Part shown: piece after piece, positions 1-9,697 of the stretch | Layout: every line of letters starts with the position of its first letter | How positions within the stretch are numbered: position 1 is the stretch's first letter | Origin: a virus | Virus record (IMG/VR): IMGVR_UViG_3300005098_000017 | Location: 32,001-96,000 of that record | Reading direction: 5' to 3' (one strand) | DNA length: 64,000 bases | The notes under the pieces: model-generated | What the model was told of the DNA's origin: nothing | The model's database searches: none | The model's input: the letters and a program-made list of their open reading frames with translations, nothing else | Made by a program: the position numbers and the translations under genes

Positions 1-57
1 TTACATATAACAATGTTATTATAATAGCAAAAGGATCCGCATTCATGATCTTTCCTC

Positions 58-318
58 TTATATTTCTTTCAATTTCTTAAGAATCCATCTCTTCAAACTA
101 TCTGGTACCTCTTCCCATGCAACTCGCCGCCCTAATGATGATAGATTAACATCAGATTTCTTACCGATATAGTATAGAACACCAAGAGGATGCTCTGGAT
201 CCTTTGAAGCACCATATACATCTCTATTATTTATTATTACCGTATAACAATCCATAACACCGGGATTATAATAGATTTTCACTTCAGATGGCTTCGGATA
301 TTGCTTATATGAAAACAT
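58..318 (-). CDS. hypothetical phage protein
   Basis: ORF with AGGAGG RBS, co-oriented with cluster. Confidence 0.7.
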   Translation of the reverse strand: MFSYKQYPKPSEVKIYYNPGVMDCYTVIINNRDVYGASKDPEHPLGVLYYIGKKSDVNLSSLGRRVAWEEVPDSLKRWILKKLKEI

Positions 319-339
319 TTATCCTCCTATGGTATTTAC

Positions 340-834
340 TTAATCCTCCTCTTTTTTATTCAATGCTCTCATATAAAGATATGAAAGCCGATCCATATTA
401 AGCTCCGCGCAATGCTCACATATTGGGATGGGATTACAAAGATATCCTAATTCGCTATGTATCACTAGCTTCTCATCATAATATGAGGTGCCTATATACA
501 TGTCTCTGGTAAGAATCCTACCACAAATACCACATCTTTTTTGTTCTTCAGGCGGTTTTCTCAAAGTATCAATCATATCGGCTAATTCATAGAGGCGGGC
601 TTCAATTTCTTTGATACTTTTTTCAACTTCTTTCCGCATTTCATTATGATATTCACTATGGTCAATTTTGTAGCTCCTCATGTCGCGAAATAAACCATTG
701 ATCTTCGTTTCAATACTTTCCTAGATGTTATTAAGATCCTCTTTTAGTCTTCTAATGTCTAATTCTAATGTATGAATCCAATTATGCACCATGGAAATAT
801 TTTCTATTTCCTTCCTTTTCTTTCTACCAAACAT
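340..834 (-). pseudogene. coiled-coil/Zn-finger protein interrupted by in-frame TAG at 721-723 (distal ORF 340-681)
   Basis: AAGGAGG-ATG at 834; frame continues through one TAG into 340-681, which has two CxxC motifs. Confidence 0.55.
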
Positions 835-867
835 TTTATACCTCCTTATTTTTGTTCATCAAACTGA

Positions 868-1332
868 CTATAAATCATTAGATTCAAGAAACTGGTGGAC
901 CTCTTCCACTATCCGCCTTATTATGTCGTATTTCCTTATCGAATTCAATAATATTACTTCATCCATTGTTAAATACCTTCCATACAATGCTCTTACCTGC
1001 CCATTTTCTAACTTATAGCCGTACAATGATCCGTCTTCAGCAACAAATTCAACTTGCGCTTTCTCAAGGTAAGGCGAGAGGGCTTCAAGCAGAACATCAA
1101 AGTCGTTCCATTTATCAAAGAAATCGCAGTCCTCGATCACCAGAAAATTACTGCCGGTAAGCTCATTACTAATTATGGATATATCACAGTCTTGTAGAAT
1201 CCACGCAGATCTAGATATCGGAGTAGCCTTCTTTATGGCTTCTTTTATGTCGCAAGCTGTAACACCATCCTTTACCTTTATCACATACAAAATGAGTGTA
1301 CTATACTGAGACATCTTATTCCTCCTTTGCAA
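868..1332 (-). CDS. hypothetical protein, paralog of 1316-1762
   Basis: AQVEFVAEDGSLYGYKLENGQV vs ANVEMLRDDDNLVGYWVEDGQI. Confidence 0.75.
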   Translation of the reverse strand: MQRRNKMSQYSTLILYVIKVKDGVTACDIKEAIKKATPISRSAWILQDCDISIISNELTGSNFLVIEDCDFFDKWNDFDVLLEALSPYLEKAQVEFVAEDGSLYGYKLENGQVRALYGRYLTMDEVILLNSIRKYDIIRRIVEEVHQFLESNDL

Positions 1333-1762
1333 TCATGGAAGCCACCTCCTTTATTAGTCTCCTTGCTATCTTTCCAGACTTGCTTCCAAACAGTGCGCTT
1401 ATTAGTTGCGCGTCATCCACTGGTACGAATATGCCTCTTGTCTCTATAATCTGTCCATCCTCTACCCAATACCCTACGAGGTTATCATCATCACGAAGCA
1501 TTTCAACATTTGCAAGATCAACCTTATCCTTAATAGCATCTAGTATTTCCTTTGCATCTTCTACAGGAAGCCACACATCGGGATCAAATCTCGCAAGGTG
1601 TGCATAATCATCATCATTACTAACAATACAACGCGCGTAGGTTATATAACTAGAAACCTCATTACCAATATCCTCTATAATATTAATGATCTCATCAGCC
1701 TTCCCTTTATCTACAGAGAATTCAAAATTTAGTAGTATAGCCTTATCACCCATTTTTATCAC
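1316..1762 (-). CDS. hypothetical protein, paralog of 868-1332
   Basis: RBS, overlaps neighbours, shared motif. Confidence 0.75.
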   Translation of the reverse strand: MIKMGDKAILLNFEFSVDKGKADEIINIIEDIGNEVSSYITYARCIVSNDDDYAHLARFDPDVWLPVEDAKEILDAIKDKVDLANVEMLRDDDNLVGYWVEDGQIIETRGIFVPVDDAQLISALFGSKSGKIARRLIKEVASMIAKEE

Positions 1763-2030
1763 CTTCCTTTCTTGGAGGCGGCGGCTTCACCCCTGCATGC
1801 AATGCTAAAATAAACCATCGTCTCCTAGCTTCATCTAAGCCTGCCAGCGCGGCCTCCCTTGTCTCACCCATACTCATGCATCCCGGTAGATCCTCTATCT
1901 CCGCAACCCACTCATCATTCCACTTCCATACCTTAATCGCATAGCTGCGCTTCATATACTTCTCTATTTCATCCTTGTACTTTATCGCTACGTCCTCAAG
2001 TTCCTTATTACTTATGTATCTACCTTTCAA
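1746..2030 (-). CDS. HicB-like antitoxin domain protein
   Basis: WVAEIEDLPGCMSMGETREAAL matches the HicB N-terminal signature. Confidence 0.8.
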   Translation of the reverse strand: MKGRYISNKELEDVAIKYKDEIEKYMKRSYAIKVWKWNDEWVAEIEDLPGCMSMGETREAALAGLDEARRRWFILALHAGVKPPPPRKEGDKNG

Positions 2031-2042
2031 GACAATCCTCCT

Positions 2043-2294
2043 TTACTGACAATCCAATTCAAATATTTCAAACCAGTCGTGGGCTTCATTATAGATTATA
2101 ATATATGTCCCGGGTACATCATTCAATAAAGCTTCCATCATCTCTTCATCCGTCGTATCTTTGTAAGACTCACGATCATCCCATTTCTCAATAGACATAC
2201 CTGTCAGCTTGTGAAACTCCTTCTCAAGTGAGAATGTACGAACAAACTCACACAAATCAGAAACCACCCAATAGCCCTTGACATTTGCTAACAC
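2043..2294 (-). CDS. hypothetical protein
   Basis: AAGGAGG RBS, GTG start. Confidence 0.65.
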   Translation of the reverse strand: MLANVKGYWVVSDLCEFVRTFSLEKEFHKLTGMSIEKWDDRESYKDTTDEEMMEALLNDVPGTYIIIYNEAHDWFEIFELDCQ

Positions 2295-2332
2295 AATATC
2301 ACCTCCTTCATCAAATATAAATAATGTAACGA

Positions 2333-2566
2333 TTAGTTAGATCCATCATAAATCATATAATACTCATAGAATCCTGATTCACCTAGATAAAACTCATCAC
2401 CAGATTCCAGTTCATCCAGATCACATCCTATTATATCTTCTATTTCATCCCGTGTTAAACCGACAAGTTCTGACACCTCATCAAGCGTAAGCCCATGGTG
2501 CTCTGTGCTTTTATTTGTCTGGATATTAAACACCTCAAGTGTGAAGAATCTCTTCTTTTTAGCCAT
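2333..2566 (-). CDS. hypothetical acidic protein
   Basis: AGGAGG RBS. Confidence 0.65.
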   Translation of the reverse strand: MAKKKRFFTLEVFNIQTNKSTEHHGLTLDEVSELVGLTRDEIEDIIGCDLDELESGDEFYLGESGFYEYYMIYDGSN

Positions 2567-2603
2567 AATAAACCTCCTAATGTGTAATAAAGGTATTACA
2601 ATA

Positions 2604-2795
2604 TTACTGTTTCTTCATATGAGGTTTGGCAGCTTTAACTAATGTACTCATCATCTTCTTGCAGAACTTCTCCCATTTACAACCTTTGCAGGTCGGGCGC
2701 TTCACATTACAAGACCTGTATATATGTTCTACAAGGACATCACCATCCTTGCCTCTGAGAGGCCTGCACTTTATGCTAAATTCTACTTCTAACAT
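2604..2795 (-). CDS. small Cys-rich hypothetical protein
   Basis: GGAGG RBS, coupled to upstream ORF. Confidence 0.6.
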   Translation of the reverse strand: MLEVEFSIKCRPLRGKDGDVLVEHIYRSCNVKRPTCKGCKWEKFCKKMMSTLVKAAKPHMKKQ

Positions 2796-3106
2796 TTATC
2801 ACCTCCATGTAATTCTTTCAAATCCTTCTCCATTTCATCAAGACATTTTTCACATCCATCATATCCTCGCGGAAACCATCTTTTGTGTCTCTCACACCAT
2901 TCAAGGCCCGGTTCCCACAAGGGACATTGGTGGTCTTCATCTGTTCCTACTTCTCCATTAATACCGAGTCTTTCAAGCTCTTCCTCTTTCATACAACCAG
3001 CATCTAACATGCTGCCACTAGACAATGCTACACCTGATGGAGACGGATCGAACCATTCCTCATAATAATGCTTACATGTTTTACATACCCCCACTTTTAT
3101 ATCCAT
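2789..3106 (-). CDS. Cys-rich hypothetical protein
   Basis: CxxC motifs, AAGGAG RBS. Confidence 0.65.
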   Translation of the reverse strand: MDIKVGVCKTCKHYYEEWFDPSPSGVALSSGSMLDAGCMKEEELERLGINGEVGTDEDHQCPLWEPGLEWCERHKRWFPRGYDGCEKCLDEMEKDLKELHGGDKC

Positions 3107-3545
3107 TTGAATTCTCCTTTTTGCAAAGTCTACTTTCTATAACATAATTCCTTACTACAAGCATTGCTGACACTATTACTACAAAAATGCCTGTGGTTAG
3201 GGTGAACATTCTGTCAGAACCAACACATGTATTCCATGGTAGCAAAAAGAGACCAGAAAGCAAGTACAAGATGTTAAGTATTAATAGTTTTGCCTCCTTA
3301 TATGGGCTTTTCTTTATATTTGGAAGAAAAAGGTATAAACTCATTATTCCTTGTAAGATTACATAGAGTCCAAGAAAAGTTCGCATTTGATTGATATGCC
3401 ATGTAGCTAATAACATAAAGATATAAGCAACAACACCTGCCTCATGAATGCAAAAATATGACCTACTTTCTTTTGTAAAGGCCTCATGTAACGCATAACA
3501 CATTAATGTAATCGTTGCTATTCCTAATAAACATAGAGTTAACAT
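3081..3545 (-). CDS. multi-pass membrane protein
   Basis: about five hydrophobic segments, AGGAGG RBS. Confidence 0.7.
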   Translation of the reverse strand: MLTLCLLGIATITLMCYALHEAFTKESRSYFCIHEAGVVAYIFMLLATWHINQMRTFLGLYVILQGIMSLYLFLPNIKKSPYKEAKLLILNILYLLSGLFLLPWNTCVGSDRMFTLTTGIFVVIVSAMLVVRNYVIESRLCKKENSNGYKSGGM

Positions 3546-3549
3546 ATAT

Positions 3550-4647
3550 CTACCTCCTTTTAATCTCTTCTATCATTCTGACTCTCCTAGCTCTGATCCG
3601 TCCTTTCATGCATGTTAAAATATCTTTAACATCAACCTCAACTGCTATAAGAGCATCACCCTCAATCTCGTTCTCATCAAACGGCATGTAGCAATAGATG
3701 CCCTCCACACCATCTTCCGGAAATTCATCTGGTCCTTCATGAAAACACGTATTCGGTCTGGGGGCTTCTGTTACTCTTCCGGGCTCATAGAACAGGTTTC
3801 CATCAGTATAAGTGGTACTGCGATATGCTTCATCCGGTGTATCTAGTTGATATATTCTGCGTATCAAGTGTTCCATATCCAGATCACTCGTTCTCTCCAT
3901 TTTATCAACCCGCTTGTACAAAATATACTTACCACCTACGGGATATATATTCAGACTGCAAGCAATGTACTGTATGATATCATCCTTTATATCCTTAGTT
4001 AAATCACCATGTCGTATCACAGCAGTACTATAAGCCTCTGCATTTCCATGCAACCTTGCTGTCCCCATTATAGCTGCATGACCATATACCCTAGCATTAT
4101 CACAAACCTCGGCACACTCTTGGATACGTGCATTACCGTATATTTCAGCATTCCCATATACTCGAGCATAATTCCATACGGATGCATAATCATGCACTCG
4201 TGCATTTCCACCTATTACGGCTTGGTTCATTATCTTCGCATAACCATACACACGAGCATTACCATATAATCTAACATTACCACATATGCGAGCATTATCG
4301 TACACTTTCACATTATCGTACATCGTAATGCATTGACCCTCCACAATAGCATTACCAGCTATTTCAACATTGTCAGTTATCATAACAACGCCATATATAC
4401 AAGCATTGTCCCTCACTTTGGCATTCCCGATTATTCTGACATCACCATAAACCATTGCATCATCATAAACCCAACAATCCCCTTCATGCGAGAGGTTACT
4501 TTCCTTTTCGATAAAACCACCAACATCCCCGGCTTTTACATCACTGAAATCTCTTAATGCTTTTATCCGGTAAAGCCTTACTCCATTGAATGTTATTGTG
4601 TCGTTATGCATCAGCTTGTATTTCCTCTTATTATTTATGTCCGACAT
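3550..4647 (-). CDS. phage hexapeptide-repeat (left-handed beta-helix-like) protein
   Basis: LYRIKALRDFSDVKAGDVGGFIEKESNLS followed by many NARVYG-type hexapeptides. Confidence 0.85.
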   Translation of the reverse strand: MSDINNKRKYKLMHNDTITFNGVRLYRIKALRDFSDVKAGDVGGFIEKESNLSHEGDCWVYDDAMVYGDVRIIGNAKVRDNACIYGVVMITDNVEIAGNAIVEGQCITMYDNVKVYDNARICGNVRLYGNARVYGYAKIMNQAVIGGNARVHDYASVWNYARVYGNAEIYGNARIQECAEVCDNARVYGHAAIMGTARLHGNAEAYSTAVIRHGDLTKDIKDDIIQYIACSLNIYPVGGKYILYKRVDKMERTSDLDMEHLIRRIYQLDTPDEAYRSTTYTDGNLFYEPGRVTEAPRPNTCFHEGPDEFPEDGVEGIYCYMPFDENEIEGDALIAVEVDVKDILTCMKGRIRARRVRMIEEIKRR

Positions 4648-4730
4648 ATTACCTCCTTTTTGTGATTTGCATATTTTAACACCTTCTTATCAATAATAAT
4701 AAAAACCATAATGACAATGAAGCCGCGGCT

Positions 4731-5150
4731 TCACACATAGTGCTTCCTATAATAATATACACCTAACCTATAAGCATCCTTAATACAGTCAGGCATATCA
4801 GGAAATTTTTCATCCATTTTCTCAACCTTATCGGTCCATGATGCATCAATCAAACTTAGAATCCGAATTTTATCTCCATAAAAATTCTGTGCGATGGCTG
4901 TATAAAGACAATGATGTATCCGATCTTTATCCTCGCTATAAGCATCGCCTATTGCAACAGCATCAAAATCTTTAAACTTTTTTATTACATGGTCAACAAC
5001 CTTCTTTATATAATTGACACAATCATGTGGTTCCACTCCCGCGAAAGACATTGATCCAAGCTCGCGGGCTTCCCCTGTCTTTTCATCCATAACAGCATAA
5101 CCTATCACAGGATATCCATGATATATGTCTACAACAAATGAAAGTAACAC
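4731..5150 (-). CDS. degenerate RuvC/RNase H-fold protein
   Basis: VVD...IGYAVMD, DAVAIGD and DAYRLGVYY resemble RuvC motif spacing. Confidence 0.4.
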   Translation of the reverse strand: MLLSFVVDIYHGYPVIGYAVMDEKTGEARELGSMSFAGVEPHDCVNYIKKVVDHVIKKFKDFDAVAIGDAYSEDKDRIHHCLYTAIAQNFYGDKIRILSLIDASWTDKVEKMDEKFPDMPDCIKDAYRLGVYYYRKHYV

Positions 5151-5177
5151 TTCTGATCCTCCTTACCTTATTTGAGA

Positions 5178-5286
5178 AGGCGGCGGTTTTTACGGGTCTG
5201 CACCTAGACCCTATTAAACTACCGACCTGACAGCCCGGTGCGAGGCCTTCAACAGTCGGGTGGGATTGATACCCACATCGCCGCCT
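5178..5286 (-). ncRNA. multi-stem RNA with predicted kissing loops
   Basis: outer stem AGGCGGCG/CGCCGCCU, three inner hairpins, complementary loops GCACC/GGUGC. Confidence 0.5.
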
Positions 5287-5349
5287 GCTTATAATATCAC
5301 TCATCCTTTTGTTTTGTTGCCTTATAATTGACAATAACTTATTCGTCAA

Positions 5350-5592
5350 TCAAAGAAGTGCGTCTTCCTTCTTCAAGAAAGCGCGGCTCTTTCCTAAAAA
5401 CACTACCCTTACAAGATCCATAAATGCATCTACATAGACTCTACCTCTTACCTTCCATGGTAGCGAGCTCCACCTCTCATCATATTCCAATCTGCCTATC
5501 AATGACATTGCACAACATAAGAATATGATCTTGTACAAAAGACCATCAATAAAATTATTAAACTTCTGCTCCATTCTTCGCATTAATCTCAT
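5350..5592 (-). CDS. hypothetical protein
   Basis: GGAGG RBS, ATGA overlap. Confidence 0.6.
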   Translation of the reverse strand: MRLMRRMEQKFNNFIDGLLYKIIFLCCAMSLIGRLEYDERWSSLPWKVRGRVYVDAFMDLVRVVFLGKSRAFLKKEDALL

Positions 5593-6050
5593 TGTGGTTC
5601 CTCCATCATCTTACTACAGGGCGCGGGCTTCACCCTCTTTACCCACATATAAATCTTCGCCAATAACTCAGCGAGGCCGCCGGCTTCATACATCACCACA
5701 TAACTATTACTATCCCATCCGTGGTCGACATAGCCACCACACAACTTACTACCATCTAATCCTTCTATACCAAGACATACTCTTATCCTACCACCTACTT
5801 CTATTTCGTCATCTACCATAACACAATGAGGACACTCAGAGATTATTTCATCAGCGACAGGCGCCTTAATAGCCACACCTTGCATAATAAGCCGCCGCAG
5901 TTCTGCATTATTAAAGTGGTACTCGAGCTCCCACTTATCACCCTTATGCTTCCGCCAGTAAAAGCCGCCGCCTCCCTGAGGGAAGCCGGCTTCCTTCAAC
6001 TTCCTACATAACTCCAAACTAGGAACAAGCTTTTCAATGTTACTCATCAT
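5589..6050 (-). CDS. hypothetical protein, paralog of 6040-6423
   Basis: LVPSLELCRKLKEAG vs LVPSVDLCMQLEKLG. Confidence 0.75.
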   Translation of the reverse strand: MMSNIEKLVPSLELCRKLKEAGFPQGGGGFYWRKHKGDKWELEYHFNNAELRRLIMQGVAIKAPVADEIISECPHCVMVDDEIEVGGRIRVCLGIEGLDGSKLCGGYVDHGWDSNSYVVMYEAGGLAELLAKIYMWVKRVKPAPCSKMMEEPQ

Positions 6051-6423
6051 CTGCCTCCTTTTTCTTTATTTCTATTAACTGCTCCGCCACCTTATTTGTA
6101 AGCAACCCTATTACCTCTCTTACAAAATCACTCCTTTCCATTAGTACATACAACAGGCGACATATGAGCACATCAAGGGTCGGGGCTTCATACATACACA
6201 CAACCCTATCATGTTCAATAAAATTCCTATGAACTAGGTAAAATGCATCCCTTATATCCGTTGTATAATCACGACGGATGCTATGGTCCTTACCACTATC
6301 ATCCTCATATAGCACCCAATAATATTCGGTATCCTTATGATGAATTCCCAGCTTCTCAAGTTGCATACATAGGTCAACACTTGGTACAAGACACTCGAAT
6401 GTTGGTGATAAACGCTCAAACAC
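6040..6423 (-). CDS. hypothetical protein, paralog of 5589-6050
   Basis: shared N-terminal motif and APxxDxI motif. Confidence 0.75.
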   Translation of the reverse strand: MFERLSPTFECLVPSVDLCMQLEKLGIHHKDTEYYWVLYEDDSGKDHSIRRDYTTDIRDAFYLVHRNFIEHDRVVCMYEAPTLDVLICRLLYVLMERSDFVREVIGLLTNKVAEQLIEIKKKEADDE

Positions 6424-7115
6424 TATTTATCCTCCTTATTACTTCTATTACTTTTTATCTTTTGAGGACGGAGCGCTTCCATTTTCCTACTAAGACACAA
6501 CGGACACAGAACCTTGCCATTGTACAGACCCCATTTCGCCCGCTTAACCACATCCCTTAGCTCATCTAGGTCGGCGGCTTCAACCTCCCTACTACATTCA
6601 TCACACTCCAACACCCATACCTCAATACCCGCCGGCTCCCTATCCACACTAAACGAACCCTGACGCTCCCAATGAAAAGCGCGGGCTTCAACCTCCTCTA
6701 CCAATCCACTAACATAACCAACAGCCAAAACATCAGCATTGTCATACACATTACCCACAACTTCTATATTATGTAACTCATCAATAAAATAACAATTACC
6801 ATCCAATGTAACAACAACCCAGCAGTCATCCACAGACCTAACAATACCTCTTATTCTTTTATCACTCCCTTCACAATGTAAATCAGCCTCAACTATATCA
6901 TCTTCATAAATTTTCCTATCTCTCACATCCACAACATCTATATACCGACCTACAGTCTCAGGATAAACCATTCTTAATGATCCGTCCTCCCTATCACGAA
7001 TGAATACACCACCAATACCTTCCTCTATCTCACCATATATCCACGCGCCACCTCTTCTGCTACCATCCGCAAAGTACCCATTATGACACATACCACGATA
7101 CTCACTACATCCCAT
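6423..7115 (-). CDS. YopX-family protein with C-terminal Zn finger
   Basis: VGRY...D...KIYEDDIV and IEVVGNVYDN; C-terminal CxxC..W..CPxC as in 7934-8155. Confidence 0.8.
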   Translation of the reverse strand: MGCSEYRGMCHNGYFADGSRRGGAWIYGEIEEGIGGVFIRDREDGSLRMVYPETVGRYIDVVDVRDRKIYEDDIVEADLHCEGSDKRIRGIVRSVDDCWVVVTLDGNCYFIDELHNIEVVGNVYDNADVLAVGYVSGLVEEVEARAFHWERQGSFSVDREPAGIEVWVLECDECSREVEAADLDELRDVVKRAKWGLYNGKVLCPLCLSRKMEALRPQKIKSNRSNKEDK

Positions 7116-7133
7116 GATGGGCCTCCTATCATT

Positions 7134-7403
7134 TTACACATAAATTGATACCTGCTCAACATCAATAATCTTAACTAATCCACTTCTCTCAAGTTCCTCC
7201 ATAACAGCATCATAACTCCACTCAATATCTTCGGGCCTCAAACGGGCAATGATATTACCTATGATTCTTCTTAAATCCTCCCAATCCAACGAGGTCTTTA
7301 CAAGATAAACATCCTGCCGCTCTCCATTGTATGAATCCTGTATTTTGATTATCTTCAAATCTTCCTTCATGTTATACCTCTCTCCCAAGGGCGCGGGCTT
7401 CAC
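7134..7403 (-). CDS. hypothetical protein
   Basis: ORF in co-oriented cluster. Confidence 0.6.
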   Translation of the reverse strand: MKPAPLGERYNMKEDLKIIKIQDSYNGERQDVYLVKTSLDWEDLRRIIGNIIARLRPEDIEWSYDAVMEELERSGLVKIIDVEQVSIYV

Positions 7404-7897
7404 AACAAATACTCCCGCTTAATCCTCTCTATTTTTGCATCAATCTCCTCTACACGCCTCCTTACATCCTTCAACCGATCCCAGTCCTCACCCGATACCA
7501 AAAAATCATCCAAAATAACCACCTCACTCCAAGGAGTAGACGTAGCCTCACGCGGTAACACACGAACCTCCACAGGCTCATTAGATAAACGCCGCCTCTC
7601 CTCAGCTAACTCCCTCACCTTCTCACGCATCCGCTCCCTCACATGCAAAAATCCCTTTGCAATACTTACAATATACTTCACCCTAAAGAAATCAACCTCA
7701 CCTCGTACCTCCAACGGCATCTCCTCAATGAGAGACTCTTCTACCTTCTTGCCATGAATACAACGAACCCTGTCAAGCAAACACATTATAACATCCGGTG
7801 TCGTAGTAACATACGATAACGACTCAAAATCACGCTCAATGTCACGCGATATCGAAGCTATACGCCTCGCATTGATCAACGACTTAAACATCGCCAT
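7400..7897 (-). CDS. coiled-coil hypothetical protein
   Basis: AAGGAGG RBS. Confidence 0.7.
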   Translation of the reverse strand: MAMFKSLINARRIASISRDIERDFESLSYVTTTPDVIMCLLDRVRCIHGKKVEESLIEEMPLEVRGEVDFFRVKYIVSIAKGFLHVRERMREKVRELAEERRRLSNEPVEVRVLPREATSTPWSEVVILDDFLVSGEDWDRLKDVRRRVEEIDAKIERIKREYLL

Positions 7898-7933
7898 GAC
7901 AACACCTCCTTATATTAACATCTATAATATCAT

Positions 7934-8155
7934 TCAATCCCCATCACCCACAACCGGACAATAATACTTGTGATAACAATCAGGACATATAAATAAATCA
8001 TCCTTATAACTGTACCTCCATCCCTCACGAAGAGCCCTATCAGCTAACTTGCGTGGTGTGTCATCAGACATTATAACACCACACTCAAAACACTTAATAT
8101 AATACGGCGACCTATAATACACATCTAAATAACTGAATTTTGTGAATCTACTCAT
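7934..8155 (-). CDS. small Zn-finger protein
   Basis: CFEC...EGW...CPDC. Confidence 0.7.
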   Translation of the reverse strand: MSRFTKFSYLDVYYRSPYYIKCFECGVIMSDDTPRKLADRALREGWRYSYKDDLFICPDCYHKYYCPVVGDGD

Positions 8156-8158
8156 TAC

Positions 8159-8536
8159 TTAACCTCCTTTCCTATTCATAATATCCATGGCATACTGCGC
8201 GGCTTCCTCTATATCACCAAACTCCTTATACCTAACATTCCACTTCGACGGCTTCCTCCCACGCCCAACCTCCCTCCCCGTCCTCGCATCTACCACAATA
8301 ATCTCACCAGGAATAAAAACATCCCTCATAATACGATGAATATGCCACCTCCTTCCCTCATGCTCAATATCAAACTCATGAAGCTGCGAAAACAACACCT
8401 TCTCACCAGCACAAGAATCAACAAACATATACCCATCATCCGTCAACGATATACACATATCCGCACAACAACGCTCACCATGCTCAGATGTAGGATCCGA
8501 AATTACACCCTCAATAACAATAAACTTCAAATCCAT
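8159..8536 (-). CDS. hypothetical protein, first gene of leftward cluster
   Basis: AGGAGG RBS just downstream of a promoter. Confidence 0.7.
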   Translation of the reverse strand: MDLKFIVIEGVISDPTSEHGERCCADMCISLTDDGYMFVDSCAGEKVLFSQLHEFDIEHEGRRWHIHRIMRDVFIPGEIIVVDARTGREVGRGRKPSKWNVRYKEFGDIEEAAQYAMDIMNRKGG

Positions 8537-8569
8537 GTTATTACCTCCTGTTAATGTTGTTAATACCCC

Positions 8570-8599
8570 ATTACATCCAATGCATAACCTCTATGTCAA
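8570..8599 (-). promoter_or_regulatory. sigma70-type promoter
   Basis: TTGACA-N18-TGTAAT heading the cluster. Confidence 0.5.
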
Positions 8600-8687
8600 T
8601 CCATTACCCAACCATAACCAAGCCAAACCATGCAGGCCAGCACTGAGTCTACGAAGTCCACCAAGGTCCACCAACCCTCCACAAACC

Positions 8688-8796
8688 CTCTACAAACTAC
8701 TCTACTTCTACAAATGGTTCTACAAAGTCTACAAGCGGTCCTACAAACGGTCCTATACATGGCCCTACACATGGTCCTACAACGGTCCTACAAACT
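8688..8796. repeat. degenerate 11-12 bp tandem repeats (TACAAACGGTCC-like); candidate origin or terminus
   Basis: about seven adjacent units; + strand switches from A/C-rich to G/T-rich here. Confidence 0.7.
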
Positions 8797-8957
8797 GAAG
8801 AGGCCTATGGCGCCTGCTGGCTTCGTCGGGCTTCGCTCGACCTCTGATGGGTTTCGTTAGGTATCCTGACCTCGCTGGCTGGTTTTCGGCGGAAATTTGG
8901 CATTGTTGCAGCATGTTTGGCTCCTTGCTTGGTTATGTTTGGTTGTTGTTTTTTGTG

Positions 8958-8970
8958 CCAGTAGATTGAC
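8958..8970 (-). promoter_or_regulatory. GTCAAT-N4-TGG motif (candidate phage-RNAP promoter)
   Basis: GTCAATCTACTGG. Confidence 0.55.
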
Positions 8971-8972
8971 TA

Positions 8973-9251
8973 TTATGTAGGTACATGTGCACCTCTTATG
9001 AATTCTTTTAATCTTATGGGTTCATCGTGTAATATGAGGATGCTTGCGTTGTTGCGTGCTATGATATCGCGCCAGAATTCATCCGGTGTGACATATGTAT
9101 TACTTATTATGATGATGCCTTTGATTTGAGCTACTTTCATCCATAGAGGGATGTGCTGCTGAACATATAGGCATGGTATATCTTGTGGTGCTATTATGCT
9201 ATAGATACGGCGGAAGGAGAAGGGGAAGCCGCCACCTCTGCTGGCAGCCAT
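8973..9251 (-). CDS. hypothetical protein
   Basis: ORF only. Confidence 0.45.
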   Translation of the reverse strand: MAASRGGGFPFSFRRIYSIIAPQDIPCLYVQQHIPLWMKVAQIKGIIIISNTYVTPDEFWRDIIARNNASILILHDEPIRLKEFIRGAHVPT

Positions 9252-9616
9252 GGTGGTTCATCGGGTTCGTTGTTAGTTGGAGGTTGATCTACTCGTGGTA
9301 GTGGATGTATCTCCTTGCGTGAGAAGATGAAGGAAGCCCCGCCTTCTTTATATATATCATATAAATTACTAATAACATCACTTTTATTAAATATATAATT
9401 CCACACGAGTAGGTTATCTTGGTTCGTAAATGCTGGTTCTAAATACAACTTAGGAGGGATACCTATTTTAGTTGGACTGAGTATGACATAGTAGTAATCG
9501 TCTGTCATGAAGCCCGCGCCTCCTTTTTTTATCACCTCTCTTTCTCTTCGCCGCCCCTCCCTTGCCCCACCGCCCCGCTTCATCGCCCTGCCTATGGTTA
9601 TGATATATTTTACCAC
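9194..9616 (-). CDS. hypothetical protein (start uncertain)
   Basis: internal AGGAGG before MTDDYY suggests a later start. Confidence 0.5.
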   Translation of the reverse strand: MVKYIITIGRAMKRGGGAREGRRREREVIKKGGAGFMTDDYYYVILSPTKIGIPPKLYLEPAFTNQDNLLVWNYIFNKSDVISNLYDIYKEGGASFIFSRKEIHPLPRVDQPPTNNEPDEPPWLPAEVAASPSPSAVSIA

Positions 9617-9697
9617 ATTATAATGAAAATTTTATTATCTTCAAGATTTTCTTTTCTTTCTTTCCTCATTGCGATGCCGACAGTTATGGTTTAGTTA

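Noticed and set aside
5230-5262. Hammerhead ribozyme (CUGUUGA resembles CUGANGA)
   Set aside because: Core A is missing and there is no GAAA after the stem; the region pairs as a continuous hairpin
8688-8796. CRISPR array
   Set aside because: Units are 11-12 bp, abut each other without spacers, and no cas genes are present
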